Sequence record: SRR31156797_2722 | DNA length: 64,000 bases | Reading direction: 5' to 3' (one strand) | Part shown: positions 9,175 to 18,520 of the stretch, in pieces | Position numbering within the stretch: the stretch's first letter is position 1 | Layout: each line of letters begins with the position of its first letter | The notes under the pieces: generated by a model | Seen by the model: the letters and a program-made list of their open reading frames with translations, nothing else | Told to the model about the DNA's origin: nothing | Databases searched by the model: none | Translations under genes and position numbers: made by a program

Positions 9175-10401
9175 CTACAAGTATCTCTCTATACGTTCCG
9201 TAATCTCCATTAATGCCCGGCCATTATGGTAGGGGCACTTCCAGAAACCAACTTTATCATCTGTAGTTATCGGTTTTCCTTCTTGATCTACTCTCCAAAA
9301 CCATTCTGCATTTTCTCGATCTTTCAGCTTAGTTTTAATAAAATACCAAACCTTTTCAATGGCTTTTAAATACTTTTTCTCGCCTGAAATTTCATATGCA
9401 TCCAACAGCCCTACCATGGCTTCTGCCTGTGGCCACCAATGTTTGTCCGTATCCAGATGTTCTCCTTCTTTTTCATTAAATAATGACCCATCCTTATCCA
9501 GGCCTTCTTTTAAGGTAACATCCACTAAACTAATCGCTGATTTTTGGACAGACCATAATACATTCGAATTGTTAATTAATAGAGCTGCTTCATGCATTAA
9601 CCAAGCTCCTTCTATATCATGTCCAAATGAAATAATGTCTGACTTAACAGTCCAGTCCATTTCAAAAAACAGGTTAAAATGACCCGTATTTTCGTCAATT
9701 ATCTTTTCCTGAAAAATATTTAAAAGCGTGATAATACTCATTCGAAGATTCTTATCAGGCCAAACTCGATACAAGCACGTATAAGGTTCAAGAATATGCA
9801 GATGCGTATTCATAGACTTGGGTAAGTTAGCATCTTTCTTGCTTAGGCGCATATCTTTTAAAGGTTTCCAATTAGCTTGAAGAGCCTCAATATAACCACC
9901 ATACTCATAGTCGCATAACTTATTTTCAATGATATAATAGAGTTGGCGAGCATATTCTAATGCTGGTTGATATCCTGTTGCTCGATAATACTCTGCCAAA
10001 CCATATATACCAAACCCCTGTGCATAAGTTTGTTTTCTTTGATTTACAGCCTTACCTATATAATCAACCGCCCAGTAAAAACCTCCATTTTCTTTATCCC
10101 AAAAATGATCTATCAGATAATGATACGCTCTATCTGCCAGCTTCTTATATTTCCTATTTCCGCTATTTCGATAAGCTGAAGAAAATGTCCATAAAATGCG
10201 GGCATTTAAAACAGCACCTTTTATGGCAGTCTTTTCAACTTTCCCATAATGATCTATTCTACCTACAAATCCCCCATATTCATTATCGACAGTATTATTA
10301 CCCCAGAAATCTAATAATTCCTTTAACTCATCCTCCATTTCTTTACACAATTGAAGAATTACCGGCTCAATAATTTTCTGTTTGTTTATTAAATTATTCA
10401 T
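9175..10401 (-). CDS. AGE-family cellobiose/mannobiose 2-epimerase
   Basis: LNARILW, KSMNTHLHILE, GHDIE, WWPQAE, WKCPYHN; adjacent to GH130. Confidence 0.92.
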   Translation of the reverse strand: MNNLINKQKIIEPVILQLCKEMEDELKELLDFWGNNTVDNEYGGFVGRIDHYGKVEKTAIKGAVLNARILWTFSSAYRNSGNRKYKKLADRAYHYLIDHFWDKENGGFYWAVDYIGKAVNQRKQTYAQGFGIYGLAEYYRATGYQPALEYARQLYYIIENKLCDYEYGGYIEALQANWKPLKDMRLSKKDANLPKSMNTHLHILEPYTCLYRVWPDKNLRMSIITLLNIFQEKIIDENTGHFNLFFEMDWTVKSDIISFGHDIEGAWLMHEAALLINNSNVLWSVQKSAISLVDVTLKEGLDKDGSLFNEKEGEHLDTDKHWWPQAEAMVGLLDAYEISGEKKYLKAIEKVWYFIKTKLKDRENAEWFWRVDQEGKPITTDDKVGFWKCPYHNGRALMEITERIERYL

Positions 10402-10437
10402 GAATTTACTCTCTTAACAAATAATACCATGCTTATT

Positions 10438-10481
10438 AAACATTGGGATAGTATCCCATTCGATACGGTATCCCAATGTTT
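10438..10481. promoter_or_regulatory. Intergenic stem-loop between GH130 and the epimerase
   Basis: aaacattgggata (10438-10450) pairs with tatcccaatgttt (10469-10481); inner pair gtatc/gatac. Confidence 0.6.
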
Positions 10482-10495
10482 CCCCGCGCTTTAAT

Positions 10496-11683
10496 CTAAA
10501 TCAAATTCATAAAATCCTGGTTTTTATCAACCAACTCATTGATTGTTTCGACCGATAAATGAGAGTGTAATTTATCTTGAGGTGTATTCATACAATAATC
10601 TACCAGTTGATCTACAGTTGAAGTAGCCACATGCATTCTTGTATCTGATGATGCATAATATATGAATACTTTACCATCCTCATCCTTAATCCAGCCATTA
10701 GCAAATACCACATTGGATACATCTCCAACTCTTTCCTCTTGCAAAGGAGCAACAAAATGCCCGTGTGGTTTATAGGTAACAACCCAAGGTTTTTCCAGGT
10801 CAGTCATAAACATATAAAGTGTATATCTTAATCCTGCCGCAGTATTTCTAACACCATGTGCCAATTGCAACCACCCTTTATCTGTTTTTATTGGAGCTGG
10901 TCCCAACCCATTCTTTACCTCATAAATAGTATGGTAAGTTTTAGGATCAACTATCATTTCCTCTTTTACTTCAGGATTATCTATACTATCTGATAATCCA
11001 AAACCAACACCACCTCCTTTTCCAGTATCAATGAATCCATCTTGTGGGCGTGTATAAAAAGCATATTTCCCATCAATCAAATGAGGAAATAAAACCACAT
11101 TTCGCTGTTGACCTGATGTCGAAACTAAATCAGGTAAGCGCTCCCAATTAACTAGATCTTTTGTCCTGGCAATTCCTGCTGCAGCAACTGCACTAGATGT
11201 GTCACCATCCGGTGCATCTGGGTCTTTTCTTTCTGTGCAAAACACACCATAAATCCAGCCATCATCATGTTGAGTCAATCGCATATCATAAACATTAGTA
11301 TCTGACTGTTCGGTTTGTGGTAAAGCAATAGGCTTGTCCCAAAATTTAAAATTATCAACTCCAGTTTCACTTTCTGCTACTGCAAAAAACGACTTCCGAT
11401 CATTACCCTCAACTCTAACCACAAGTACATATTTTCCATTGAACTTAATGGCTCCAGCATTAAATACAGCATTAAATCCTATTCTCTCCATAAAATATGG
11501 ATTGGTTTCTTTATTTAAATCATATCGCCAATGCAAAGGCACATGATCTCTGGTAAGTATTGGATTTTTATATCGAGCGTAAATACCATTAATGCTAAAT
11601 TTTTCTTCATTAGACTTTTCAATAAGTTCTTTATATTGACTCTTGACAGTCTCAAACCTCTCTTCAAATGAAAACTTTTTCAT
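10496..11683 (-). CDS. GH130 4-O-beta-D-mannosyl-D-glucose phosphorylase
   Basis: [62 protein letters not shown]; no signal peptide. Confidence 0.93.
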   Translation of the reverse strand: MKKFSFEERFETVKSQYKELIEKSNEEKFSINGIYARYKNPILTRDHVPLHWRYDLNKETNPYFMERIGFNAVFNAGAIKFNGKYVLVVRVEGNDRKSFFAVAESETGVDNFKFWDKPIALPQTEQSDTNVYDMRLTQHDDGWIYGVFCTERKDPDAPDGDTSSAVAAAGIARTKDLVNWERLPDLVSTSGQQRNVVLFPHLIDGKYAFYTRPQDGFIDTGKGGGVGFGLSDSIDNPEVKEEMIVDPKTYHTIYEVKNGLGPAPIKTDKGWLQLAHGVRNTAAGLRYTLYMFMTDLEKPWVVTYKPHGHFVAPLQEERVGDVSNVVFANGWIKDEDGKVFIYYASSDTRMHVATSTVDQLVDYCMNTPQDKLHSHLSVETINELVDKNQDFMNLI

Positions 11684-11809
11684 ACTTCTTTAATTTTTTT
11701 ATACACCTGGGAATTTGTAAAATATTATTTACCTCACGAATGAAGATCAAAGATCAACAGGACTTTTCTTAATACTCGTTTTGTACCTAAACTATTCTTT
11801 TTCTTTGAT

Positions 11810-12901
11810 TTACTTCTTAAAATCCTCTAATAGAAACACATGCTCTTGCTTAAGCATTTTCACTGCATCTGATGCTGCCGGATGTCCTGGGTATGGAAAA
11901 TAAAAATGGACTTTGGGATCATTTCGCCACACCATTACATAGCTTAATTCATTTTTTATTATTGAATCACTTAAAACAGCTCCAAGCTTCTGAGTAAACC
12001 AAATAGAATCTGTCACATTTTCATATCCCGTTTCTGTGAATGCAGCCAGTTTTTGCTTTTGAAGGGCTGTCTTGATAACGATATGAAGTTTTTTAATCAC
12101 CTCTATCTCACCATTTTCTTGTTTGAAATCCCAGTAATTATCCAGTCCTACAATATCAATAATATCATCCCCTGGGTACCAGGTCAAATACTCTTCCTGG
12201 CTTCTGAAATTTCGATCCGGAGAATAGGCTACCAACATTTGGGTTAATCCTTTTTCAACTCGCAAATAATTTATTGTATATCGAAACAAAGCTTTAAACT
12301 CTTCCGGAGTACAGGCCTTAGCCCCCCACCAAAACCAACCACCATCCATTTCATGCCATGGGCGGAATATAAATGGTATATCTTGTCCTTTTTCATCTTT
12401 TAAAGTCTTAAGAAATATCGCAAGTTTAGCGAGATGGTTATTAAACACTATATGATGAGAACCTCCAGGTAAAATATGCTTAACAACGCTTGAATCTCCA
12501 TGCCAGGCATCAACACTATCGATAGCAGAAAATGGATGCCAGCTAAAGGTGTTTACGCCTCCTTTTTTATGTCCCCATATAGACATTCGTTGTATTGTTT
12601 CGAAAGTAACTGAATCAAGGTTTGTTTTATGATCCAATTCAATACCTCCAAGTTCCCACCCAAAAATTGCAGGGTAATCTCCTGTTAAACGTTTTACATC
12701 AGACTCACCTTCAATATCACTCCATTGCATCCCATAAGCTAAATCATCCTGATGACCAAACAAAATACCTTTTCCCTTTATTTGTTTTAACCTTGATAGC
12801 AAAGAATTTTCTGGTGCACTTTGTTTTAATTCGCGATTCGTGCATGAGTTTAAAATAAGGAGTGCTATTACTATAGAATTAAAAAACTGTTTCACATTCA
12901 T
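11810..12901 (-). CDS. GH26 beta-mannanase, lipoprotein
   Basis: FGHQDD, FRPWHEMDGGWFWWG, FTETG, YVMVWRN; lipobox LNSC. Confidence 0.93.
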   Translation of the reverse strand: MNVKQFFNSIVIALLILNSCTNRELKQSAPENSLLSRLKQIKGKGILFGHQDDLAYGMQWSDIEGESDVKRLTGDYPAIFGWELGGIELDHKTNLDSVTFETIQRMSIWGHKKGGVNTFSWHPFSAIDSVDAWHGDSSVVKHILPGGSHHIVFNNHLAKLAIFLKTLKDEKGQDIPFIFRPWHEMDGGWFWWGAKACTPEEFKALFRYTINYLRVEKGLTQMLVAYSPDRNFRSQEEYLTWYPGDDIIDIVGLDNYWDFKQENGEIEVIKKLHIVIKTALQKQKLAAFTETGYENVTDSIWFTQKLGAVLSDSIIKNELSYVMVWRNDPKVHFYFPYPGHPAASDAVKMLKQEHVFLLEDFKK

Positions 12902-13055
12902 AGTACTAAATATTAATCTATGTTATACATAATTAAGATTAAGAATTAATATGAACAACCAGCATACTAATTTCCTCAATCAAACTAAAAGCTAACTTTT
13001 TACTAATTTTGATGCTTATTGCGATATAGATAAATTATATCTCATAGTATTGATA

Positions 13056-13074
13056 CCCGGGGTTAATCCCCGGG
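13056..13074. promoter_or_regulatory. GC-rich intergenic stem-loop
   Basis: cccgggg-ttaat-ccccggg; no U tract on the coding (minus) strand. Confidence 0.55.
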
Positions 13075-13102
13075 CTTTTCAAATACACTTAAACTGGCTT
13101 AC

Positions 13103-15043
13103 TTATTCGTATAGATTTAAAGTCCCAACATCTTCTTGAAACAGAGTAACAGGGTCTTCTTTAAATAATACGAATTCGTTTTTTACGTTTTGAGGACTAT
13201 TACTATCTGGTATAAATAAATCACTTTGATCATTTGCCCAAGGTGCATTAAACCATGCTAATGCCCAAGCAATTTTAATATCTTTTCCACCATTCTTTAT
13301 GCCTTTTAAGACTACTTCATTCCAAAAATCAGGCTTTGTATTGATAAAATCCTTACGATATCCTGTTTCGGTTAATGCAGCGATTTTATTATGGTTAAAT
13401 GCAAATTTAGAAAGCTCTATCAGGTTACTCTTTAAAATAGACTCACTTGGTTCATACAAGTCAATACCAACAATGTCCACATATTCATCTCCAGGATAGT
13501 ATGCCTCATTTAAAACATAGTTAGGAGACCAAGCAAACAACACCCAATTGGTACGATCCATTATATAATCAGCTGCTAATCGATAGAAATTTACATATAA
13601 ATCACTACTATGATTAGTAGCATCGCTTCCCCACCAAAACCAATCTCCATCCATTTCATGAAACAATCGGAAAACAACAGGGAATCCAAAGTCATTATTG
13701 ATAATACTCAATACCTCATCTAATTCTTCGAAGAACCAAGTTCTTGACCCATTTTTATCATTTACAATATCATACAATAAGCTTTTATCCGTATCTGTAG
13801 ATATATCGCTCATATATATTTTATGATCTGACCGGCTTTGCTGATGAAAGTCAAGTGTAACAACAGCTCCTGATTGATATGCTTTTTTAGCTTCATCTAT
13901 ATGTAGTTGCTTTTCACTGGGTGATTTATATAGCATATAGTGAGGATCTATTCCATATACGCCAGGATGATCTCCTGTAACATCTTTACAATCTGATGTT
14001 CCTAAATCACTCCGAAGACCATTAAGCTTAAATGATAAAGGAAACTCCTGCCCAAAAATAAACTGACTGCTATTGGCTATTTTCCCTAGGTTAGACAATA
14101 AGTTTTGAGTGGCTGGATTAGCATTCAAATCAATGGCTTTATAGCTGCCAGACTTTAAAACAGTAATAATTACAACATCTGACGACATCAAACCTTTTGA
14201 ATCTGTAACGGTTAACGTTATTTCATGTTCCCCCTCAGCTAAACCTACTTCTTCAGTTTTTTGATTACTAATAACTACACCCCCTAACTTCCATTCATAA
14301 GCAGCTATAGATCCTTCTTCATCGCTCGACAAAGATCCATCTAATGTAATAGTTTTTACAGCTTTTTCTTCGCCTAAATAATATGTTTTATCTGCTCCTG
14401 CATTAGCAATTGGTGGCTGATTATCAGCTTCATTTATATTTAAAATATACTTTTTCTCTATACCTTTATCTGAAATAAGATTATACTCTAATTGTTGGGT
14501 AAAATCATTTTGGGTTTCTCCTGAAATTTGTTCCACTCCATTCAAATATAATTTAGAGTTGGAGGAAATAGTAAATTTTGCCGTTAAGTTATCCAGGCTG
14601 GTTCCATTTATAACTGTAGCTGAAATATCACCCTCTTGTATTGCAAAGGAAACATTTGCCATTTCCTGAATACCAAAACTTTTAATTATAATATCTGTGT
14701 AAATATTAACGGCATATTGATTACTTATTCCATCCTCAGCAACCACTTTATATAAAACAGTATTGGTAAAGTCTTTTTTTGTAGAACCAGAACCTTGTTG
14801 TTGTGCTCCAACATACATTGTTGCTTTTGGTGAAATTGAAAACACAGCAGTTAAACTATTCAAAGCCGAGCCTTCGGGAGTTGTACCTTTAACTTGGTTG
14901 TTTGCATCAATAGTAAATTCTATATCTGGAAATTCTTTGATGGCAAATTCTTCTAAAATCGCTAAACTACTTCGTGCCTGATCATCTTTACAAGAGGCAA
15001 CAATGAACACTAAGATCATCAACACATATCTAATACACTTCAT
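13103..15043 (-). CDS. Modular surface GH26 mannanase: lipoprotein signal, two Ig-like repeats, PKD domain, GH26
   Basis: Lipobox VASC; two repeats of the form SL..LTA.F.IS....Y.....Q.SG.T..DFT; PKD motifs NQPPIANAGAD and ITLTVTDSKG; catalytic RLFHEMDGDWFWWG and LTETG. Confidence 0.88.
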   Translation of the reverse strand: MKCIRYVLMILVFIVASCKDDQARSSLAILEEFAIKEFPDIEFTIDANNQVKGTTPEGSALNSLTAVFSISPKATMYVGAQQQGSGSTKKDFTNTVLYKVVAEDGISNQYAVNIYTDIIIKSFGIQEMANVSFAIQEGDISATVINGTSLDNLTAKFTISSNSKLYLNGVEQISGETQNDFTQQLEYNLISDKGIEKKYILNINEADNQPPIANAGADKTYYLGEEKAVKTITLDGSLSSDEEGSIAAYEWKLGGVVISNQKTEEVGLAEGEHEITLTVTDSKGLMSSDVVIITVLKSGSYKAIDLNANPATQNLLSNLGKIANSSQFIFGQEFPLSFKLNGLRSDLGTSDCKDVTGDHPGVYGIDPHYMLYKSPSEKQLHIDEAKKAYQSGAVVTLDFHQQSRSDHKIYMSDISTDTDKSLLYDIVNDKNGSRTWFFEELDEVLSIINNDFGFPVVFRLFHEMDGDWFWWGSDATNHSSDLYVNFYRLAADYIMDRTNWVLFAWSPNYVLNEAYYPGDEYVDIVGIDLYEPSESILKSNLIELSKFAFNHNKIAALTETGYRKDFINTKPDFWNEVVLKGIKNGGKDIKIAWALAWFNAPWANDQSDLFIPDSNSPQNVKNEFVLFKEDPVTLFQEDVGTLNLYE

Positions 15044-15077
15044 CTTGATTCATTTTAAATTTTCAGTTCTTATAAAC

Positions 15078-15103
15078 CCCGGCAGGTTAGATAACCTGCC
15101 GGG
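15078..15103 (-). terminator. Stem-loop (weak terminator or mRNA stabiliser) after the SGBP gene
   Basis: cccggcaggtta-ga-taacctgccggg with only a short T run on the minus strand. Confidence 0.6.
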
Positions 15104-15131
15104 CGATTTAATACCAAACTATATAAAATAA

Positions 15132-16829
15132 TTACCACATAGGTCCATCTGAGATATACACATCATCAAGATTGATTTCAAATGCTCCACTTTCTAAATT
15201 TCCAGTGGTAAATCCAATTTTTAAATAATCAATTGCTACAGTTGGGTCAAATTCTGTTGCATCTCCTCCCCAATTACCCAGAATATCTACTAACCTTAAA
15301 GAAATTGGCTGCCAACCATCTGTTTCTATATAGTAATTAACAACATCAGCACTTCCTCCCCACTTTGTATCATTTTGATAAGTTTCAATCTGAATCATTC
15401 CTTTATGATCTCCGGTATTTACTAAAAAGCTTAAATGTGGATCTACCATGGTGCTTAAATCAATACTATTGTAATTACCTATCGCTCCCATCCATTTCCA
15501 AGAACCTGCAATATCAAGGATTACAGAATAGTAATTATTACCAGCTCCTAAATCAACACCTGTTTTGTTTAAACCATAAGTTGCTCCTGCAACGTTTTCT
15601 TCCCAGGTAGGCTCACTATCTTCAAAGTCAAACACTTTTGCTACTGGTTTTACCGGGCCATCAGTAATCATAATTTGATCAACATGTATCTCAAAGTCCT
15701 CAGGATCACCATTAGCCACATTACCTGTTATAAAACGCATTTGTACATCTTCAAATACTCCTGTAGCATTAAAGTCTGCAAACAACTTCTCAATTGGGTA
15801 AGATCTCCATTCCCAACCATTTGTTTGAATAGCATAATCATCACCATACTTTAATCCTTCTGCGGCATTACCATCAGTAAGATGATTATCTTTCGTAGAT
15901 CCATCCTGAGTCATAAATGGATTAATATAACCTCGTTTTCCATTTGTATTTACCAAAAAGCTAATATATGGCTCATGGAATTCTGATAAATCAACTGATT
16001 GACCGTACTTGAGATAGAAGTATGTTTTCCAGCCAGACGTTTCTCCATTGTTAATTACCGAATAGTAATTGTTCCCTCGTGCTTTTGTTAATCCTCCCAG
16101 GTTAATATCCGCTTGTGCCGGAGCATTTTCAATGGATTCCATTACCGGAGCTCCTGATTCAAAATCCCAAAGTACAATCGGCGCAATAGCTTCAAAAGTT
16201 AATGATGGTTCTTCTATAGATACTTCTGTAATTTCAGCATCTTTAATGTAGCCCAACCCAGAAATAGAAATAGTTGCCGTTTGTCCAGGAATTAAAACTA
16301 AACCTGCAGTCGGTACTACAATTTTAGAGGTTTCTTCAGAGTTGGTAATTTTAACCACCTGACCATTTATAGTAACTTCTGTAATTAAATCAACATTTTC
16401 ACCTTCGATAACAAATGCTTCTCCTGACACTAATTTACCAGGCCATTTTGTTACGATTATATCCGGGTAACTTACTTTTACTGTTGCATCTTCAAAAACA
16501 AAAACTCTTCCATACAAATTCTCCAAGCTTAAAAAGCCAGTAGATGCTCTTCTGCCCACCTCAAATTGCAGTTGGTTCTCCGTAACAGAACCTTCTACAA
16601 TAGTACACTCCTGTCCGTTTAGATAAAGCTTGTAGTTTTTATTTAGATTACTACCGGTTAGGGTAATAATATCATCAATCATCACATCTGTTGAGCTGAC
16701 TGACTCAATAACAGACACAGGCCAATTGATATCGTAGTCTTCGCTCCATTCCTTGTCTTCGCAACTTACTGAAAGCAAAGCTAAAGCTGCAAATACAAAA
16801 AGATATATTAGTTTATTGAAATTCTTCAT
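15132..16829 (-). CDS. Surface glycan-binding lipoprotein (two IPT/TIG-like and two CBM-like domains)
   Basis: Lipobox SVSC; position after susD; ITLTGSNL and VIEGENV motifs; duplicated DFE...GNNYYSVI...DLS...P.(I/L)SFLVNT domain. Confidence 0.82.
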   Translation of the reverse strand: MKNFNKLIYLFVFAALALLSVSCEDKEWSEDYDINWPVSVIESVSSTDVMIDDIITLTGSNLNKNYKLYLNGQECTIVEGSVTENQLQFEVGRRASTGFLSLENLYGRVFVFEDATVKVSYPDIIVTKWPGKLVSGEAFVIEGENVDLITEVTINGQVVKITNSEETSKIVVPTAGLVLIPGQTATISISGLGYIKDAEITEVSIEEPSLTFEAIAPIVLWDFESGAPVMESIENAPAQADINLGGLTKARGNNYYSVINNGETSGWKTYFYLKYGQSVDLSEFHEPYISFLVNTNGKRGYINPFMTQDGSTKDNHLTDGNAAEGLKYGDDYAIQTNGWEWRSYPIEKLFADFNATGVFEDVQMRFITGNVANGDPEDFEIHVDQIMITDGPVKPVAKVFDFEDSEPTWEENVAGATYGLNKTGVDLGAGNNYYSVILDIAGSWKWMGAIGNYNSIDLSTMVDPHLSFLVNTGDHKGMIQIETYQNDTKWGGSADVVNYYIETDGWQPISLRLVDILGNWGGDATEFDPTVAIDYLKIGFTTGNLESGAFEINLDDVYISDGPMW

Positions 16830-16841
16830 GACAATTTAAGT

Positions 16842-18509
16842 TTAATTATATCCCTTATTTTGTTGTAGTCCCCAATCTTGTTGCTCTGATAGAGGAATTG
16901 GTAATAATGGAACTTTGTTTCCGTTTGGTCCATCAATACATTTTTCCAAACAATTACTTCGCAAGTCCACATTTTCATATCTTAAAGCTGATCCATCTGA
17001 AATGGTGAACGTGGCTTTTTTTACATCCAAAACATCCAGATAAGCACCTGTTCTTACTAAGTCCCAAAAGCGCAATCCCTCAACAGCTAATTCAACTCTC
17101 CGCTCGTGATAAATAGCTTGCAATAAATCATCACCACTGGCATCTACATCTGGTAAGTTACCAGAAAAACCAGTATTTTGATAAGATAAATCACCTTCGA
17201 CAGATCCTTTTGGAAAAGAACTCATACGGGCTCTTTCTCTGATCATATTTAACATAGTAATTGCTTCAGACTCATTCCCTAAATGATATGCCGCTTCTGC
17301 ATGCAATAAAAGTACTTCTGCATAACGCATTTTTCGGACATTAGCAGGACTACTCGTACTATTTGATGGGCGATAACCCGGCTCTAAAGCTGCCTTTCGG
17401 TTTAAATATGGAGTCATTTGTTGACTTAAATCGAACTCTTGAGTAACGCCATGAACAACGCCTCCGTTCACGCTTTCACCATAAATTGTGCAGCTTAAGC
17501 GAGGATCATCAGCTTCAAATTCTTCTGCCAAGTTAACTGTTGGATTATTAAATCCCCATCCCCAATCCTTTCTATTTCCTTGAAATTGGTTACTATTGGT
17601 ACCTGTTTTCCCTGGCGCATTGCCGGTAGAACCTACTTCCATTTGTAATTCAAAAATAGATTCTGAATTATTCTCCCCTTCCATCTCAAATATACTTGCG
17701 TAGTTGTTTACCAAGGTATATTCTGCACTATTAATTATAGCATTAGTATTATCATATACATCCTGCCAGGTAGCTTTTACTTCAGCATCCATGCCTATCT
17801 GGTAAGTTAAAGCTCTTGAAAGATATGCCAATGCTGCACCTTTTGTTGCTCTACCTAAATCACTTGAGTCATATGCACTTTTCTCTGGCAAGAATTCTGA
17901 TGCCGCCTTAAAATCTGCAATAACCTGTTCAAAAGTTTCATGGTATGTTGCTCTTTTAACTTTTCCAAATTGATCTGGTGTGACAGGTGATGTAAACACT
18001 GGAACTCCTCCATAAACCTTTACTAAATAAAAATAAAAGTATCCTCTGATAAACAATGCTTCACCTTTTAACCTGTTTCGAAGCCCTTCTTCTAAGCGAC
18101 TATTCTCAAGCTGCAACAACACATTGTTTGCTCTGTAAATACCATCATAACATTTGATCCATAATGAAACCGTGATTCGGTTATCAGATGTTGTTCTCCA
18201 CTCAACGATGTCTTGTATTTCTGTAAAATCTGCTTCTGTACTCCCTTTTTCGGAATCATCACTTAATAAATCGCCAAAGAACCATTCATAATTATGGGTT
18301 AACCATTGTCCATCAGGCCCCGGACCTTCTGTCATTCCTATTAAATCATAACACGCATTTACAGCATACTCTGCATTTTCCGGAGTTTCAAAGAAATTAC
18401 TCTCTGTTTCAGCTGCTATAGGATCAATCTCCAAAAAATCGGAGCAGCTGCTAACCATTAAGGTCAGCCCCAGTAACCATACTTGATATATAATTTTCTT
18501 CATTATCAT
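16842..18509 (-). CDS. susD: SusD/RagB family glycan-binding lipoprotein
   Basis: SSCSDFL, GEALFIRGYFYF.LV, GRATKGAA, MRYAEVLL..AEA, ERRVELA.EG.RFWDLVR. Confidence 0.96.
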   Translation of the reverse strand: MIMKKIIYQVWLLGLTLMVSSCSDFLEIDPIAAETESNFFETPENAEYAVNACYDLIGMTEGPGPDGQWLTHNYEWFFGDLLSDDSEKGSTEADFTEIQDIVEWRTTSDNRITVSLWIKCYDGIYRANNVLLQLENSRLEEGLRNRLKGEALFIRGYFYFYLVKVYGGVPVFTSPVTPDQFGKVKRATYHETFEQVIADFKAASEFLPEKSAYDSSDLGRATKGAALAYLSRALTYQIGMDAEVKATWQDVYDNTNAIINSAEYTLVNNYASIFEMEGENNSESIFELQMEVGSTGNAPGKTGTNSNQFQGNRKDWGWGFNNPTVNLAEEFEADDPRLSCTIYGESVNGGVVHGVTQEFDLSQQMTPYLNRKAALEPGYRPSNSTSSPANVRKMRYAEVLLLHAEAAYHLGNESEAITMLNMIRERARMSSFPKGSVEGDLSYQNTGFSGNLPDVDASGDDLLQAIYHERRVELAVEGLRFWDLVRTGAYLDVLDVKKATFTISDGSALRYENVDLRSNCLEKCIDGPNGNKVPLLPIPLSEQQDWGLQQNKGYN

Positions 18510-18520
18510 TTCTCTTTAAA

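Noticed and set aside
13096-13106. ggcttacttat, resembling the iteron
   Set aside because: Isolated partial match overlapping a stop codon
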